Positions 1 through 9,637 of a stretch of DNA of 64,000 nt are shown here, one piece after another (within the stretch, counting starts at the first letter, position 1; each line of letters opens with the position of its first letter). Location: assembly GCA_965204735.1 (NCBI GenBank), contig OZ242008.1, positions 3,904,001 to 3,968,000 on the forward strand. The letters run 5' to 3'. Both the position numbers and the translations under genes were made by a program. Origin of the DNA: Longimicrobiales bacterium (GTDB taxonomy: Bacteria > Gemmatimonadota > Gemmatimonadetes > Longimicrobiales > Gaopeijiaceae). Below the pieces are notes generated by a model. It worked only from the letters and a program-made list of their open reading frames with translations, was not told the DNA's origin and ran no database searches.

Positions 1-479
1 GGGTTGTTGGGGTGGGTGACGAGCACGAACCCGGCCCCGGCCTTCAGCGCCGACTCCAGCTGGTCGAGGTCGGGCCGCCAGCCCGCGTCCTCGCGCAGAC
101 GGAACGGCAGGACGCCGCCCTTGAAGTTGTCGGCCAGCCCCGGCACCTGCATGTAGTTGGGCAGCATGGCGGCGACCGGCTTCTCCCGCTTCGCCAACTC
201 CCAGAACGCCACGAAGTTGGCCTCGGCGCCCCCCGTGGTGACCACCACCGAGCGGTCCGTCGCACCGGGGTAGAGGGCGGCGATCGCCGCCCTGAGCTCG
301 TCGGAGCCGTTGGACTGGATGTAGGCCAGCCGAACCGCCGACAGGTCCACGGAAGCCTCGGAGAACGCGAGCAGCTCGCCCACCGTCAGCGGATGAACGC
401 CGCTCTCCGACAGGTTGTGCTCGACCCGGTGCTCGTAGGTGGACTGCCACCGCTCCATCTTGAACGGGGTGAACCGCAC
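1..479 (-). CDS. Class I/II PLP-dependent aminotransferase (N-terminal part, runs off window start)
   Basis: Not in the ORF track. Read manually from GTG at 479 with AGGAG upstream: MRFTPFKMERWQSTYEHRVEHNLSESGVHP...GSAEANF...PNYMQ...VTHPNNP, typical of class I/II aminotransferases. Confidence 0.85.
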   Translation of the reverse strand, partial: MRFTPFKMERWQSTYEHRVEHNLSESGVHPLTVGELLAFSEASVDLSAVRLAYIQSNGSDELRAAIAALYPGATDRSVVVTTGGAEANFVAFWELAKREKPVAAMLPNYMQVPGLADNFKGGVLPFRLREDAGWRPDLDQLESALKAGAGFVLVTHPNN

Positions 480-606
480 GGCGGTCTCCTTGGGTTGAAT
501 GGGGGGCGCGCGCCCGCGGCCTTGTGTCCGATCTCGCGCTTCTAGAGTGTTCTCGGCGGCGCGTCGGAGCAACAGCAGACACGGGAGAGCGCGACCCTTG
601 AGCGAC

Positions 607-1443
607 ATGGAAGCCGTCTCGGAGCAGATCCGCGAGCTGCACGCCGCGGCCGACCTGGTCCGGATGAGGAAGCGGCTGGACGAGATCGCCGGCGAACGCC
701 ACAACGACTTGGCGGGCCTCTGCGTCCTGGCGCTTCTCTGTCGCGAGGTGGGAGAAGGCGAGCGCGCCTTCGCCGTCGCCAAGTCGGTGCTGGACCGGGA
801 GCCGGAGGACCCTCGCGTCCTGGCGGCGGCCGGATCGGCGATCGCCGACACCGGGGACCCGGCGGGCGAGGCGGCGTTGCGCACCGCCGCCCTCATGGCG
901 CCCGAGGAGCCTTACGTGCGCATGGCCTACGGCGTCCACCTGACCCGAGAGGGGATGGTGGAGGACGGGATCGGGCAGCTGTTGGCGGCGGCGGCCCTGG
1001 ACGAGGGCGACCCGGTGGTCGCGCTGGAGCTGGGGATCGCCTACGCCACCGGTGGCCGCTTCGGGCGCGCCCGCTCGGCCATTGCCCGGTCCGTCGAGAC
1101 CGATCCCGAGAACTCGTGGAGCCGAACGCTGCTGGGTCTCGTCGAGCTGGAGGACGACGACCCGGAGGCCGCGGCAACCGACTTGGCCGCCGCCGCCGAG
1201 GCCGACCCCCGCAACTTCGAAGTCCAGCTGCTGGCTGCGCTGGCGGCCGCCGCCGCTGGATGGGAGGACAGGGCGCACCAGCTGCTGGAAGGCGCGCGCT
1301 ACTTCGCGGAGGGCAGCGACGAGGAAGGACTGGAGGACGCGGAGGCCGCAATCGACGACGGTCCCGGCTCGGCGGCCGAGCTCTTGGCCGAATCGGTGGC
1401 GCCGACCTCGCTTCGATCCCGCCTCCAGGCCCGCCCGTGGTGA
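607..1443 (+). CDS. Tetratricopeptide-repeat protein
   Basis: Ala/Leu-rich helical repeats with TPR-like ends (..EPEDP.., ..DPENSW.., ..DPRNFE..). The stop overlaps the next GTG. Confidence 0.75.
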   Translation: MEAVSEQIRELHAAADLVRMRKRLDEIAGERHNDLAGLCVLALLCREVGEGERAFAVAKSVLDREPEDPRVLAAAGSAIADTGDPAGEAALRTAALMAPEEPYVRMAYGVHLTREGMVEDGIGQLLAAAALDEGDPVVALELGIAYATGGRFGRARSAIARSVETDPENSWSRTLLGLVELEDDDPEAAATDLAAAAEADPRNFEVQLLAALAAAAAGWEDRAHQLLEGARYFAEGSDEEGLEDAEAAIDDGPGSAAELLAESVAPTSLRSRLQARPW

Positions 1444-2789
1444 CCCCTGCCGCGCCTCGGCCGCCGAGGGTCCCCACCGAGGAGCACGTCCTGGACAACG
1501 GCCTCAAGGTCGTGCTGGCGCCCGCCCCGGCGACCCCCGTCGTCGGCGTCAACCTCTGGTACGCCGTCGGCTCCCGGAACGAGCCCCCGGGGCGCACCGG
1601 CTTCGCGCACCTCTTCGAGCACATGATGTTCCAGGGCTCGGCCCACGTCCCCAAGAACGGCCACTTCCGCCACGTCGAGGAAGTCGGCGGGAGCGCCAAC
1701 GCGACCACGTGGTTCGACCGCACCAACTACTTCGCGACCGTTCCCTCGCACCACCTGGACCTGGCCCTCTGGCTGGAGTCGGACCGGATGGGCTGGATGC
1801 TGCCCGCCATGACGAAGGAGAAGCTGGAGAACCAGCGCCAAGTCGTCATGAACGAGCGACGGGAACGCTACGACAACCAGCCCTACGGAGATTGGGACGA
1901 GCGCCTCCACGCGCTGCTCTTCCCGCCGGACCACCCGTACCACCACACGGTGATCGGCGCGATGGCGGACATCGCATCGGCCACGCTGGACGACGTCCAC
2001 GACTTCTTTGCGACTTGGTACCGGCCCAACAACGCGGTCCTGACGATCTGCGGCGACTTCGACCCGGAGCACGCCCTGGCCAGGGTACGGCATTGGTTCG
2101 GCGAGATCCCGGCCGGGCCCGAGCCGCCTCCGGTTCCCGGCAACCCGGAGATCCCGTGGCGCGTCGGCGACACCCTGCGAGAGACCGTCGAGGCCGCCGT
2201 GCCCCTGCCGCGCATCTACGCCGCCTGCCGCATTCCGCCGTTCACCATCGACGCGTTCTGGGCCGGCGAGGCGGTGTCGTGCTGCTTGGGGATGGGACGC
2301 TCCTCGCGGCTCTACGACCGCTTGGTCCGTACCCGCGTCGCCAAGTCCGCCCACTGCCAAGTCCTGCCGCTGACGACCGGCGCATCGCTCTTCCTGCTGG
2401 TCGCGACGGGCTACCCGGGCACGGAGGCGGGGGAGCTGGAGGCCGCCCTGGGCCGGGAGCTGGACGATGCGGCAACGATCGGCGCGGAGGAGATCGCCCG
2501 GTCAGCCGCCGGCTACGAGACGCGAACGCTGGGGGCGCTGCAGAGGGTCGAGACCCGGGCCGACTTCCTGTCCATGTACGCCACCTGCTTCGGAACTGCC
2601 GCTCGCTTGAACGACGACCTGGGCCGGCTTCGCCGAGTGTCCGTCGAGGACGCCCAAGCCTGGAGCCGCGCCTACCTCCACCAGGAAAACCGCGTGTTCG
2701 TCCGCTACGTCCCGGAGGCGCAGAAGGCTCGATCGGGAGCGGCGCGGGGAATCGGCGCAACGCCCCGCCTCCGGGAGGCGCAGAAGTGA
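1440..2789 (+). CDS. M16B (pitrilysin-like) zinc peptidase, catalytic subunit
   Basis: Inverted Zn motif HLFEH, plus NATTWFDRTNY and ESDRM. GTGA overlap with the TPR gene. Confidence 0.92.
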   Translation: MTPAAPRPPRVPTEEHVLDNGLKVVLAPAPATPVVGVNLWYAVGSRNEPPGRTGFAHLFEHMMFQGSAHVPKNGHFRHVEEVGGSANATTWFDRTNYFATVPSHHLDLALWLESDRMGWMLPAMTKEKLENQRQVVMNERRERYDNQPYGDWDERLHALLFPPDHPYHHTVIGAMADIASATLDDVHDFFATWYRPNNAVLTICGDFDPEHALARVRHWFGEIPAGPEPPPVPGNPEIPWRVGDTLRETVEAAVPLPRIYAACRIPPFTIDAFWAGEAVSCCLGMGRSSRLYDRLVRTRVAKSAHCQVLPLTTGASLFLLVATGYPGTEAGELEAALGRELDDAATIGAEEIARSAAGYETRTLGALQRVETRADFLSMYATCFGTAARLNDDLGRLRRVSVEDAQAWSRAYLHQENRVFVRYVPEAQKARSGAARGIGATPRLREAQK

Positions 2790-4144
2790 ACCGCTCGACC
2801 CCGCCGGTTCCCGGCCCCGTCCGTCCCTACGACTTCCCCGACGTGGTCCGAACGCGCCTGGCCAACGGGATGGGGCTGCGCACCGTCGCCCACGGGTCCT
2901 TTCCGCTGGCGACGGCCTTGGTGGTGGTGAAGGCGGGCGAGACCGCGTCCCCGGAAGGGCAAGGAGGTCTGGCGGCCCTGTCGAGCGCGGCCCTGGAGGG
3001 CGGGACCTCTTGCCGTTCCAGCGAGGAGCTGGCCCGCGCTCTGGAGGAGATCGGCGCCACCTTCGGCGCCGCCGCCGGCTGGGACTCCACCACTGTCGCG
3101 GTGTCCGCCTTGGCCGAACACCTGCCCGCCGCCATGGGGCTGCTGGCGGAGATCGTGCGCACGCCCGCCTTCGCTGCCGCCGAGTTCGACCGCTGCAAGG
3201 CCCAGCGGCTCGCCGCCGCCCGCCAGCGCCTCATGGACCCCGCCGACCTCGCCAAGGACGCCCACGCCCGCTTCATGTACCGGGACGACGACACTTACGG
3301 GCGCCCGCTGCAAGGCACCGAAAGCTCGCTCGAGGGCCTCTCGGACGGCGACGCTCGCGACTTTGCGGCAAGCCGCTACGGACCCGCCGCCGCCGAGGTC
3401 GTGGTGGTGGGCGACGTGGAGCCGTCGGAGGCGACGGCCGCGGCGGAGAAGGCGTTCGGCGACTGGAGCGCCGGCGCGACGCCGGGCGGGAAGCCCCAGG
3501 CCGGCCCCCGACGGCGCGAGCGCGTCGTGCACCTCGTCGACCGACCCGGCTCGGTCCAGTCCGAGATCCGCACCGGCCATCCGGGCATCGCCAGGGCCGC
3601 GCCGGACTACGTGGCCGTGCAGGTCGTGAACCTGACGCTGGGCGGATCGTTCTCGTCGCGGCTGAACCTGAACCTGCGCGAGCGCCACGGGTTCACCTAC
3701 GGCGTCCGCTCCGGCTTCGCCGCCCGCCGGGGACCGGGTCCCTTCTTCGTCTCGACCGCCGTCGACGCCAAGTCGACCGGGGCCGCGATCCGGGAGATCG
3801 CGGGGGAGGTCGAGTCGATGGCGGCCGACGGTCCCACCGAGGACGAGGTCCGCTCCGCCGCAAGCTACTTGGCCGGCGTCTTCCCCCTCCGCATGGAAAC
3901 GACGGGGCAGGTGGCGGCTCGGGTCGGCGGGCTGATCGTCCACGACCTGCCGGACGACTACTACCGCAGCTATCGGGACCGGGTCCGCGAGGTCGGGCGG
4001 AAAGAGGCGGCTCAAGCGGCGCGACGCCGCATCCGCCCGGACGAGCTGTGCACCGTGGTCGTCGGGGACGCCGACTCCGTGGCCGCGCAGCTGGAGGGGC
4101 TGGGCGCCGGCGAGGTGGTCGTGCACGAGGACCGACGCCCGTGA
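2786..4144 (+). CDS. M16B peptidase, non-catalytic partner subunit
   Basis: M16-type sequence lacking HxxEH but with the SRLNLNLRERHGFTYG R/Y motif. GTG 2786 overlaps the upstream TGA. Confidence 0.9.
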   Translation: MNRSTPPVPGPVRPYDFPDVVRTRLANGMGLRTVAHGSFPLATALVVVKAGETASPEGQGGLAALSSAALEGGTSCRSSEELARALEEIGATFGAAAGWDSTTVAVSALAEHLPAAMGLLAEIVRTPAFAAAEFDRCKAQRLAAARQRLMDPADLAKDAHARFMYRDDDTYGRPLQGTESSLEGLSDGDARDFAASRYGPAAAEVVVVGDVEPSEATAAAEKAFGDWSAGATPGGKPQAGPRRRERVVHLVDRPGSVQSEIRTGHPGIARAAPDYVAVQVVNLTLGGSFSSRLNLNLRERHGFTYGVRSGFAARRGPGPFFVSTAVDAKSTGAAIREIAGEVESMAADGPTEDEVRSAASYLAGVFPLRMETTGQVAARVGGLIVHDLPDDYYRSYRDRVREVGRKEAAQAARRRIRPDELCTVVVGDADSVAAQLEGLGAGEVVVHEDRRP

Positions 4145-4791
4145 GCGAGGACAGGCGCGCCCTGGTGAAGTCGTCGCTGGTGCACGACGGCAGGGTCGTC
4201 CACCTGAGCGTGGACACGGTGCGCTTCCCCGACGGCTCGGTGGGAGAGCTGGAGCTGGTCCGCCACCGCGGAGCGTCCGCCGTGCTGCCGGTCTTCGGCA
4301 ACGAGGACGACCCGGATCCGGACGTGCTCCTGATCCGCCAGTACCGCTACGCCGCCGGCGGCGTGATCTACGAGGCGCCTGCCGGAATCGCCGAGCCCGG
4401 CGAGGACTGGGAAGCGTGCGCCCGACGGGAGCTCCAGGAGGAGGCCGGCGTCCGGGCCGCCCGGCTGGTTCACCTGACCACGATCCACACCACGCCCGGC
4501 TTCACCAACGAGCGCATCCGTCTCTACGCGGCGTTCGACCTGACGCCGGCGCCGACGGCCAGGGACGCCGACGAGCACATCGACACCGTCAGGATGCCCC
4601 TTTCGAGAGCCCTCGAGCTGGCCCGGACCGGCGAGATGACGGACGCCAAGTCCCTCGTGGCGCTTCTCCACGCGGCCCGCTTCCTGCTTGGCCGTCCCGC
4701 TCGGGGCGCCGCCGTGGGCAGGTGTCACGTTTTCGACATACCCAGTGTCGCAAAGAGCGGACAGGGTGGACCCGGGGGCGCGGCCGGCTAG
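4141..4791 (+). CDS. Nudix hydrolase (ADP-ribose pyrophosphatase-like)
   Basis: Nudix box GIAEPGEDWEACARRELQEEAG, plus LIRQYRY and TPGFTNE. Confidence 0.9.
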   Translation: MSEDRRALVKSSLVHDGRVVHLSVDTVRFPDGSVGELELVRHRGASAVLPVFGNEDDPDPDVLLIRQYRYAAGGVIYEAPAGIAEPGEDWEACARRELQEEAGVRAARLVHLTTIHTTPGFTNERIRLYAAFDLTPAPTARDADEHIDTVRMPLSRALELARTGEMTDAKSLVALLHAARFLLGRPARGAAVGRCHVFDIPSVAKSGQGGPGGAAG

Positions 4792-4929
4792 GGAAGTTCC
4801 GCTCCCGCACCGGGGCTCCGCCGCGCCTCGGACGAAGGCTGGCAAAGGCGTGCAGGCAGGCCGGCGGGGACCCGGATCAGTCGCGCTTCGCGCCCGTCGA
4901 GCGGGCCTTCTGGTCACCTTTGCAAAGAA

Positions 4930-4945
4930 TGGCACGACTATTGCA
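4930..4945 (+). promoter_or_regulatory. Sigma54 (-24/-12) promoter upstream of the ECF sigma gene
   Basis: TGGCACGACTATTGCA matches TGGCAC-N5-TTGCA exactly. It is intergenic, ~65 nt before ATG 5010. Confidence 0.75.
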
Positions 4946-5009
4946 ACAGGTATGCGCCACGGATTCCGCCAACCGACGGAGTTCAGATGACCCGAGCAGG
5001 AGAAGCACT

Positions 5010-5666
5010 ATGGCAGGCGCGACGACCCTGAGGCAGGGAGACGCGAGGGCCGGCGGGTTGGAACGGGCCGCAAAGGCGCGGCAGAGGATCGGGGAGCTTG
5101 GGGACAGCCAGGTCGTCCAGCGGTTTCTCGACGGAGACGATCGGGCGTTCACCGAGCTGGTCCGGCGGTACGAGACGAAGCTGCTGAACTTCGTCGCCCG
5201 GACCGTCGGCGACCGGGCGCGGGCGGAGGACCTGGTGCAGGAAGCGTTCGTCCGGGTCTTCCAGCACGTTCACCGGTTCAACCAGTCCAAGAAGTTCTCG
5301 ACCTGGGTGTACACCATCGCCGGGAACCTGGCCAAGAACGAGCTGCGGCGCCGCTCCCGCAGCAAGCTCGTCTTCCACGAGACGCTCACGAAGAACTCGG
5401 ACGAGGACGCGCGGCCGCTGGAGTGGGAGGACCCGAAGACCCGGCCCGACGACCTCTACCGGAAGCGCTTCCTTCGGGAGAAGGTGGAGGAAGCCGTCGA
5501 GCTGCTCTCGGACCACCACCGCATCGTCTTCGTCCTCCGGGAGATGGAGGGCAAGACCTACGAAGAGATCGCGGAGATCGCGGGGTGCAGCATCGGCACG
5601 GTGAAGAGCAGGCTGAACCGGGCCCGCAACCACTTCGCCCGGATCGTCGCGCCGATGATCGAATAG
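5010..5666 (+). CDS. ECF (sigma70 group 4) RNA polymerase sigma factor
   Basis: Region 2 AEDLVQEAFVRV...FSTWVYTIAGN and region 4 TYEEIAEIAGCSIGTVKSRLNRAR. AGGAG RBS. Confidence 0.93.
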   Translation: MAGATTLRQGDARAGGLERAAKARQRIGELGDSQVVQRFLDGDDRAFTELVRRYETKLLNFVARTVGDRARAEDLVQEAFVRVFQHVHRFNQSKKFSTWVYTIAGNLAKNELRRRSRSKLVFHETLTKNSDEDARPLEWEDPKTRPDDLYRKRFLREKVEEAVELLSDHHRIVFVLREMEGKTYEEIAEIAGCSIGTVKSRLNRARNHFARIVAPMIE

Positions 5667-5833
5667 GCGCGAAGGCCCTTCCAAGCAGGTCGCGAGGGCA
5701 ACGCCCAGGCGCTTCGTGCCCGGGGGGCACAGGCGTCGAGCGCTTGAGCGTGGCCCAGCATTCTCCAAGCGCTTCGGAGCCGGGACGGGGCCCCTGGTCC
5801 GGGACCCTTCCGACGGCTACTGTACATCGTGGT

Positions 5834-5858
5834 GGAACCTTTTCGCCGCAGCGGGGTT
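5834..5858 (+). promoter_or_regulatory. Candidate ECF-type promoter for the anti-sigma gene
   Basis: GGAAC-N17-GTT in the gap between the sigma and anti-sigma genes. Confidence 0.5.
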
Positions 5859-5903
5859 GAACCGGCAACAGTGGTTCCCGCGCACTCAACCAGGCCGCCG
5901 ACC

Positions 5904-6218
5904 GTGGACGAACGAGCACAGCCCCAGATCAGCTGTCGATCCTTCCTTCGGGAGTACTCGGAGTACCGGGACGACCGAATGCCCCCGACTGCCCGCGCAG
6001 CCGCGACGGCGCACTTGGCGTCGTGTCCGTCGTGCAGGCGGTACGACCGGGTGATCCGCAAGGGGGTCGAGGCCCTGCGCGGCGCACCGGAACTCAAGCC
6101 GCGGCGGCCGCTGAGCGTCGCGGACGTGCGGCGCAGGGCGCGCGCCGATGTGGTGGAGCACGGCCGGAACGGGACTCGGACGGCGGTCCGCAACACGGCG
6201 GCGGCGCCGGACCTCTAG
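5904..6218 (+). CDS. Zinc-binding anti-sigma factor (zf-HC2/ZAS domain)
   Basis: [13 protein letters not shown]...AHLASCPSC (HxxxCxxC), directly downstream of the ECF sigma. Start uncertain (GTG 5904 or 5829). Confidence 0.8.
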   Translation: MDERAQPQISCRSFLREYSEYRDDRMPPTARAAATAHLASCPSCRRYDRVIRKGVEALRGAPELKPRRPLSVADVRRRARADVVEHGRNGTRTAVRNTAAAPDL

Positions 6219-6241
6219 GACCGCCCCAAGGCACGCCCGAC

Positions 6242-7261
6242 TTGCTGCCCAAGTCCCTGGCCGCCGTCAAGGGCGGGGGCGTCTTCTACCTCCACGGCGA
6301 AGACGAGTACCAGAAGCTGGAAGCGGCCCGGGCCCTCGTCCGCCGCTACCTGGATCCTGCGACCAGCGACTTCAACTTCGACCGCCTGGAAGGCTCGGAG
6401 ACGACGGTGGACCGCTTGGCGTCGGCGATCGCGACGCCGCCGATGATGGCCGAATGGCGGGTCGTTCACGTGAAGGAGACCGAGGCGTTCGCGTCCAGCC
6501 CGAAGGCGCGGGCCGTGCTCCTCGACGCCGCCAAGAACCCGCCGCCCGGCCTGGCTCTGATCCTCCAGGCGACCGTGCCTTCCCGTTCCCGCGCTCGCTT
6601 CTACAAGGACTTGGCCAAGCTTGCCCGCTCCCACCACTTCAAGGCCGTGGCCGCCCACGAAGCGCCCGCATGGCTGGCGACGTGGGCGCAGGAAGAGCTT
6701 GGGGTCGACCTCGAGATCGACGCCGCCCGGGCGCTGGCGGGGGCGGCCGGAACCGACCTGGGGGTGCTGGTCCACGAAGTGCGGAAGCTGGCGTCGATGG
6801 TGGGCGAGGGCTCGCCGGTGGATCGGGCGGCCGTGGCCGCCGGGGGGCTCCGCATTCCGCGCCAGGACCGGTGGGAGTGGTTCGACGTCGTTGCCGAGCG
6901 GCGAGTCCCCGAGGCCGTGCGTGGCCTGGACATCCTGCTGGAGCAGGGCGAGACGCCCGTGGGACTGGTGATCGGCCTCTCCTCGCTCATGCTGCGGCTC
7001 GGCGTGGCCGTCGAAGGCGGCGCGCCGGCTCTGAACAAGGCGCTTCCTCCCTACCAGCGCTTTCTGGCTCGTCGGATCATGGGCCAGGCCCGGCGGTGGA
7101 AGTCGGCGGAAGTCGCCCGGGCGGTCCGGGGACTCCGGCGGCTGGACCAGCTCCTCAAGGCCAGCTCGATCTCCGGCGGCGTCCTGATGGAGGAGTGGCT
7201 GTGGAGCTTGGCGGTGGAGCCGAAGCAGCCGGGCCGCGGCGGCGGCAGCCGGGCCGCGTGA
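6242..7261 (+). CDS. holA: DNA polymerase III delta subunit
   Basis: [46 protein letters not shown] and LDQLLKAS. Start approximate. Confidence 0.85.
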   Translation: MLPKSLAAVKGGGVFYLHGEDEYQKLEAARALVRRYLDPATSDFNFDRLEGSETTVDRLASAIATPPMMAEWRVVHVKETEAFASSPKARAVLLDAAKNPPPGLALILQATVPSRSRARFYKDLAKLARSHHFKAVAAHEAPAWLATWAQEELGVDLEIDAARALAGAAGTDLGVLVHEVRKLASMVGEGSPVDRAAVAAGGLRIPRQDRWEWFDVVAERRVPEAVRGLDILLEQGETPVGLVIGLSSLMLRLGVAVEGGAPALNKALPPYQRFLARRIMGQARRWKSAEVARAVRGLRRLDQLLKASSISGGVLMEEWLWSLAVEPKQPGRGGGSRAA

Positions 7262-9597
7262 ACCGGGCGAGCGGGGCGGGCCGGACGGGGCGCGCGGGCC
7301 AAGGGAGCCCGACGAGCAGGGGCCGGTCGAGCGACCCGAAGCCGGTCGAGCTCTCGATCCAGGGGATGCACTGCGCGTCGTGCGTCTCGTCGGTGGAGAG
7401 GGCGCTGGCGTCGGTGGACGGCGTCGGGGCGGCCCAAGTCAACTTGGTGGACGGCTCCGCGCGGGTGCGGCCCTCCGAAGCGGCGGCGGGAGGCGCGGGC
7501 GCCCCCAATCCGAAGGCTCTGGTGCGCGCGGTCGAAGGGGCCGGCTACGAGGCCCGGGTGGTTGCGGGGATCGAGGAGGCGGTGGAGCTGGCCCGGGTCA
7601 AGGAGGCCGAGCACAACACGGGCCACAAGCTCCTCATGCGGAAGGTCAGGGTGGGCGTCTCGTTCGGCGTTGTGGTCTTCGTCATGGGCCACATCGAGTT
7701 CATCCCCGGCATGCCTCGGCCGAACAACCCGGAAGACCTTCCCTGGGCGATGATGGCGCTGACGCTGCCGCACCTCTTCTACGTCGGCAGGCAGTTCTTC
7801 ACGGGCGCATGGGCGGCGCTGAAGCGGCGCACCGCCACCATGGACACCCTGATCGCGCTGGGCACCGGGTCGGCCTGGCTCTACTCGGCCTTGGCGACTG
7901 TGGCGCCTCAGCTCTTCCCCGACGGGGCCGGACGCCCGTTCTTCGCCGCCGTCGCCGTGGTGATCACGCTGGTGGTGCTCGGCCAAGCAATGGAGTCCAA
8001 GGCCCGGGGGAAGACGGCGCGCGCCCTGCGGAGCCTCTTCAAGCTCGTGCCCGAGACGGCGGACCGGATCGTCGACGGCAAGGCCGAGACCGTGCCGGTG
8101 GCGGAAGTGGAGCCGGGCGACGTGCTTCTGGTGCGGCCCGGCGGCCGGGTCCCCTTGGACGGCCTGGTGGTCTCGGGAGAGAGCGAGGTCGACGAGTCGA
8201 TGCTCACCGGGGAGTCCGTCCCCGCCCCCAAGTTCCCCGGCGATTCGGTGACCGGCGGCACCGTGAACGGAACCGGCGCCCTGACGATGGAGGCGACCCG
8301 GGTCGGCGCCGAGACCGTCCTGGCGCGCATCGTCGAGATGGTGCGGGCGGCCCAAGCCACGAAGCCGCCGGTGCAGAGGGCCGTGGACAAGGTGGCGGGC
8401 TGGTTCGTCCCCGCCGTCGTTCTGGTCGCCGTCGCCACCTTCCTCTTCTGGCTGACGGCCGGACCTGCGCCGGCGCTTCCCTTGGCGATGACCACTGCGG
8501 TCGCGGTGCTGGTGATCGCCTGCCCGTGCGCGCTCGGGCTCGCCACCCCGATCTCGGTGATGATCGCGATCGGGAAGGCCGCCCGTCACGGCGTGCTGAT
8601 CCGCAGCGGCGAGGCCCTCCAGCGCGCCCGCCGCGTGGACACCGTCGTGCTGGACAAGACGGGCACCCTGACCACGGGCGAGCCGGAGGTGACGCTGGCT
8701 GTCGCTGGGCCGGGGTTCGACGAACGCGACCTGCTGGCGGCCGCGACCGCCGTGGAGGCCGCGTCGGAGCATCCGGCGGCCAAGGCGGTGGTGCGCTACG
8801 CCGACGGGCAGGGCGTGGAGCCGGGCGAGGCGCTTCACTTCGCGGCCCATCCGGGGCGTGGCGCGTCGGCGGTGGTGGACGGTCGGCGCGTGCTGGCGGG
8901 CTCGCCGTCGTTCCTGGAGGACGCCGGGGTCGAGGTCGCCGCCTTGCAGGACGCCCTGGACCGGGTGGCCGGCGAGGGCGCGACCCCCGTGGCAGTGGCG
9001 GTGGACGGGAAGGCGGCGGGCGTCTTCGGCGTGTCGGACGCGGTGCGGCCCGACGCGGCGGGCGTGGTGGCGCGCCTCCGGTCGGCCGGCGTCGAGGTCG
9101 TCATGCTCACCGGCGACGCCCCGGCGGCGGCGGAGCGGGTGGCCCAGGAGACGGGGATTGCCCGCGTGCGGGCCCGGGTCTCGCCGGAGGAGAAGGCCCG
9201 GGAGGTGGAGGCGCTGCGGGGCCGGGGGCGCATCGTCGCCATGGTGGGCGACGGGATCAACGACGCCCCCGCCTTGGCCGCCGCTCACGTGGGGGTCGCC
9301 ATGGGCGGAGGCACCGAAGTGGCGCTGCGCACCGGCGACGTGGCGCTGCTGGGCGACTCGCTCCGCGGCATCGAGACCCTGCTGGGCGTCTCCCGGGCCG
9401 CCCAGCGCAACATCGCCCAGAACCTGGTGGGCGCGTTCGCCTACAACGTGCTCGCGATTCCCGTGGCCGCCGGCGCCCTCTACCCGTCGCTGGGGCTGCT
9501 TCTCTCGCCGATGATCGCCGGCGCGGCGATGGCGTTCAGTTCGGTGACGGTCGTCTCCAACGCCAACCGGCTGCGCTTCTTCAAGCCGGGAGGGTGA
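7258..9597 (+). CDS. copA: Cu(I)-translocating P1B-type ATPase
   Basis: HMA motif [33 protein letters not shown], and the YN and MAFSS transmembrane Cu ligands. Confidence 0.93.
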   Translation: MNRASGAGRTGRAGQGSPTSRGRSSDPKPVELSIQGMHCASCVSSVERALASVDGVGAAQVNLVDGSARVRPSEAAAGGAGAPNPKALVRAVEGAGYEARVVAGIEEAVELARVKEAEHNTGHKLLMRKVRVGVSFGVVVFVMGHIEFIPGMPRPNNPEDLPWAMMALTLPHLFYVGRQFFTGAWAALKRRTATMDTLIALGTGSAWLYSALATVAPQLFPDGAGRPFFAAVAVVITLVVLGQAMESKARGKTARALRSLFKLVPETADRIVDGKAETVPVAEVEPGDVLLVRPGGRVPLDGLVVSGESEVDESMLTGESVPAPKFPGDSVTGGTVNGTGALTMEATRVGAETVLARIVEMVRAAQATKPPVQRAVDKVAGWFVPAVVLVAVATFLFWLTAGPAPALPLAMTTAVAVLVIACPCALGLATPISVMIAIGKAARHGVLIRSGEALQRARRVDTVVLDKTGTLTTGEPEVTLAVAGPGFDERDLLAAATAVEAASEHPAAKAVVRYADGQGVEPGEALHFAAHPGRGASAVVDGRRVLAGSPSFLEDAGVEVAALQDALDRVAGEGATPVAVAVDGKAAGVFGVSDAVRPDAAGVVARLRSAGVEVVMLTGDAPAAAERVAQETGIARVRARVSPEEKAREVEALRGRGRIVAMVGDGINDAPALAAAHVGVAMGGGTEVALRTGDVALLGDSLRGIETLLGVSRAAQRNIAQNLVGAFAYNVLAIPVAAGALYPSLGLLLSPMIAGAAMAFSSVTVVSNANRLRFFKPGG

Positions 9598-9637
9598 CTG
9601 CCGGCCAGCGGCACCGGCCTCCCGGAGGCGACCGCCT

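Noticed and set aside
1440..4144. M16 pair as PqqF/G of PQQ or another RiPP pathway
   Set aside because: No precursor peptide, radical SAM or pqq genes in the window.
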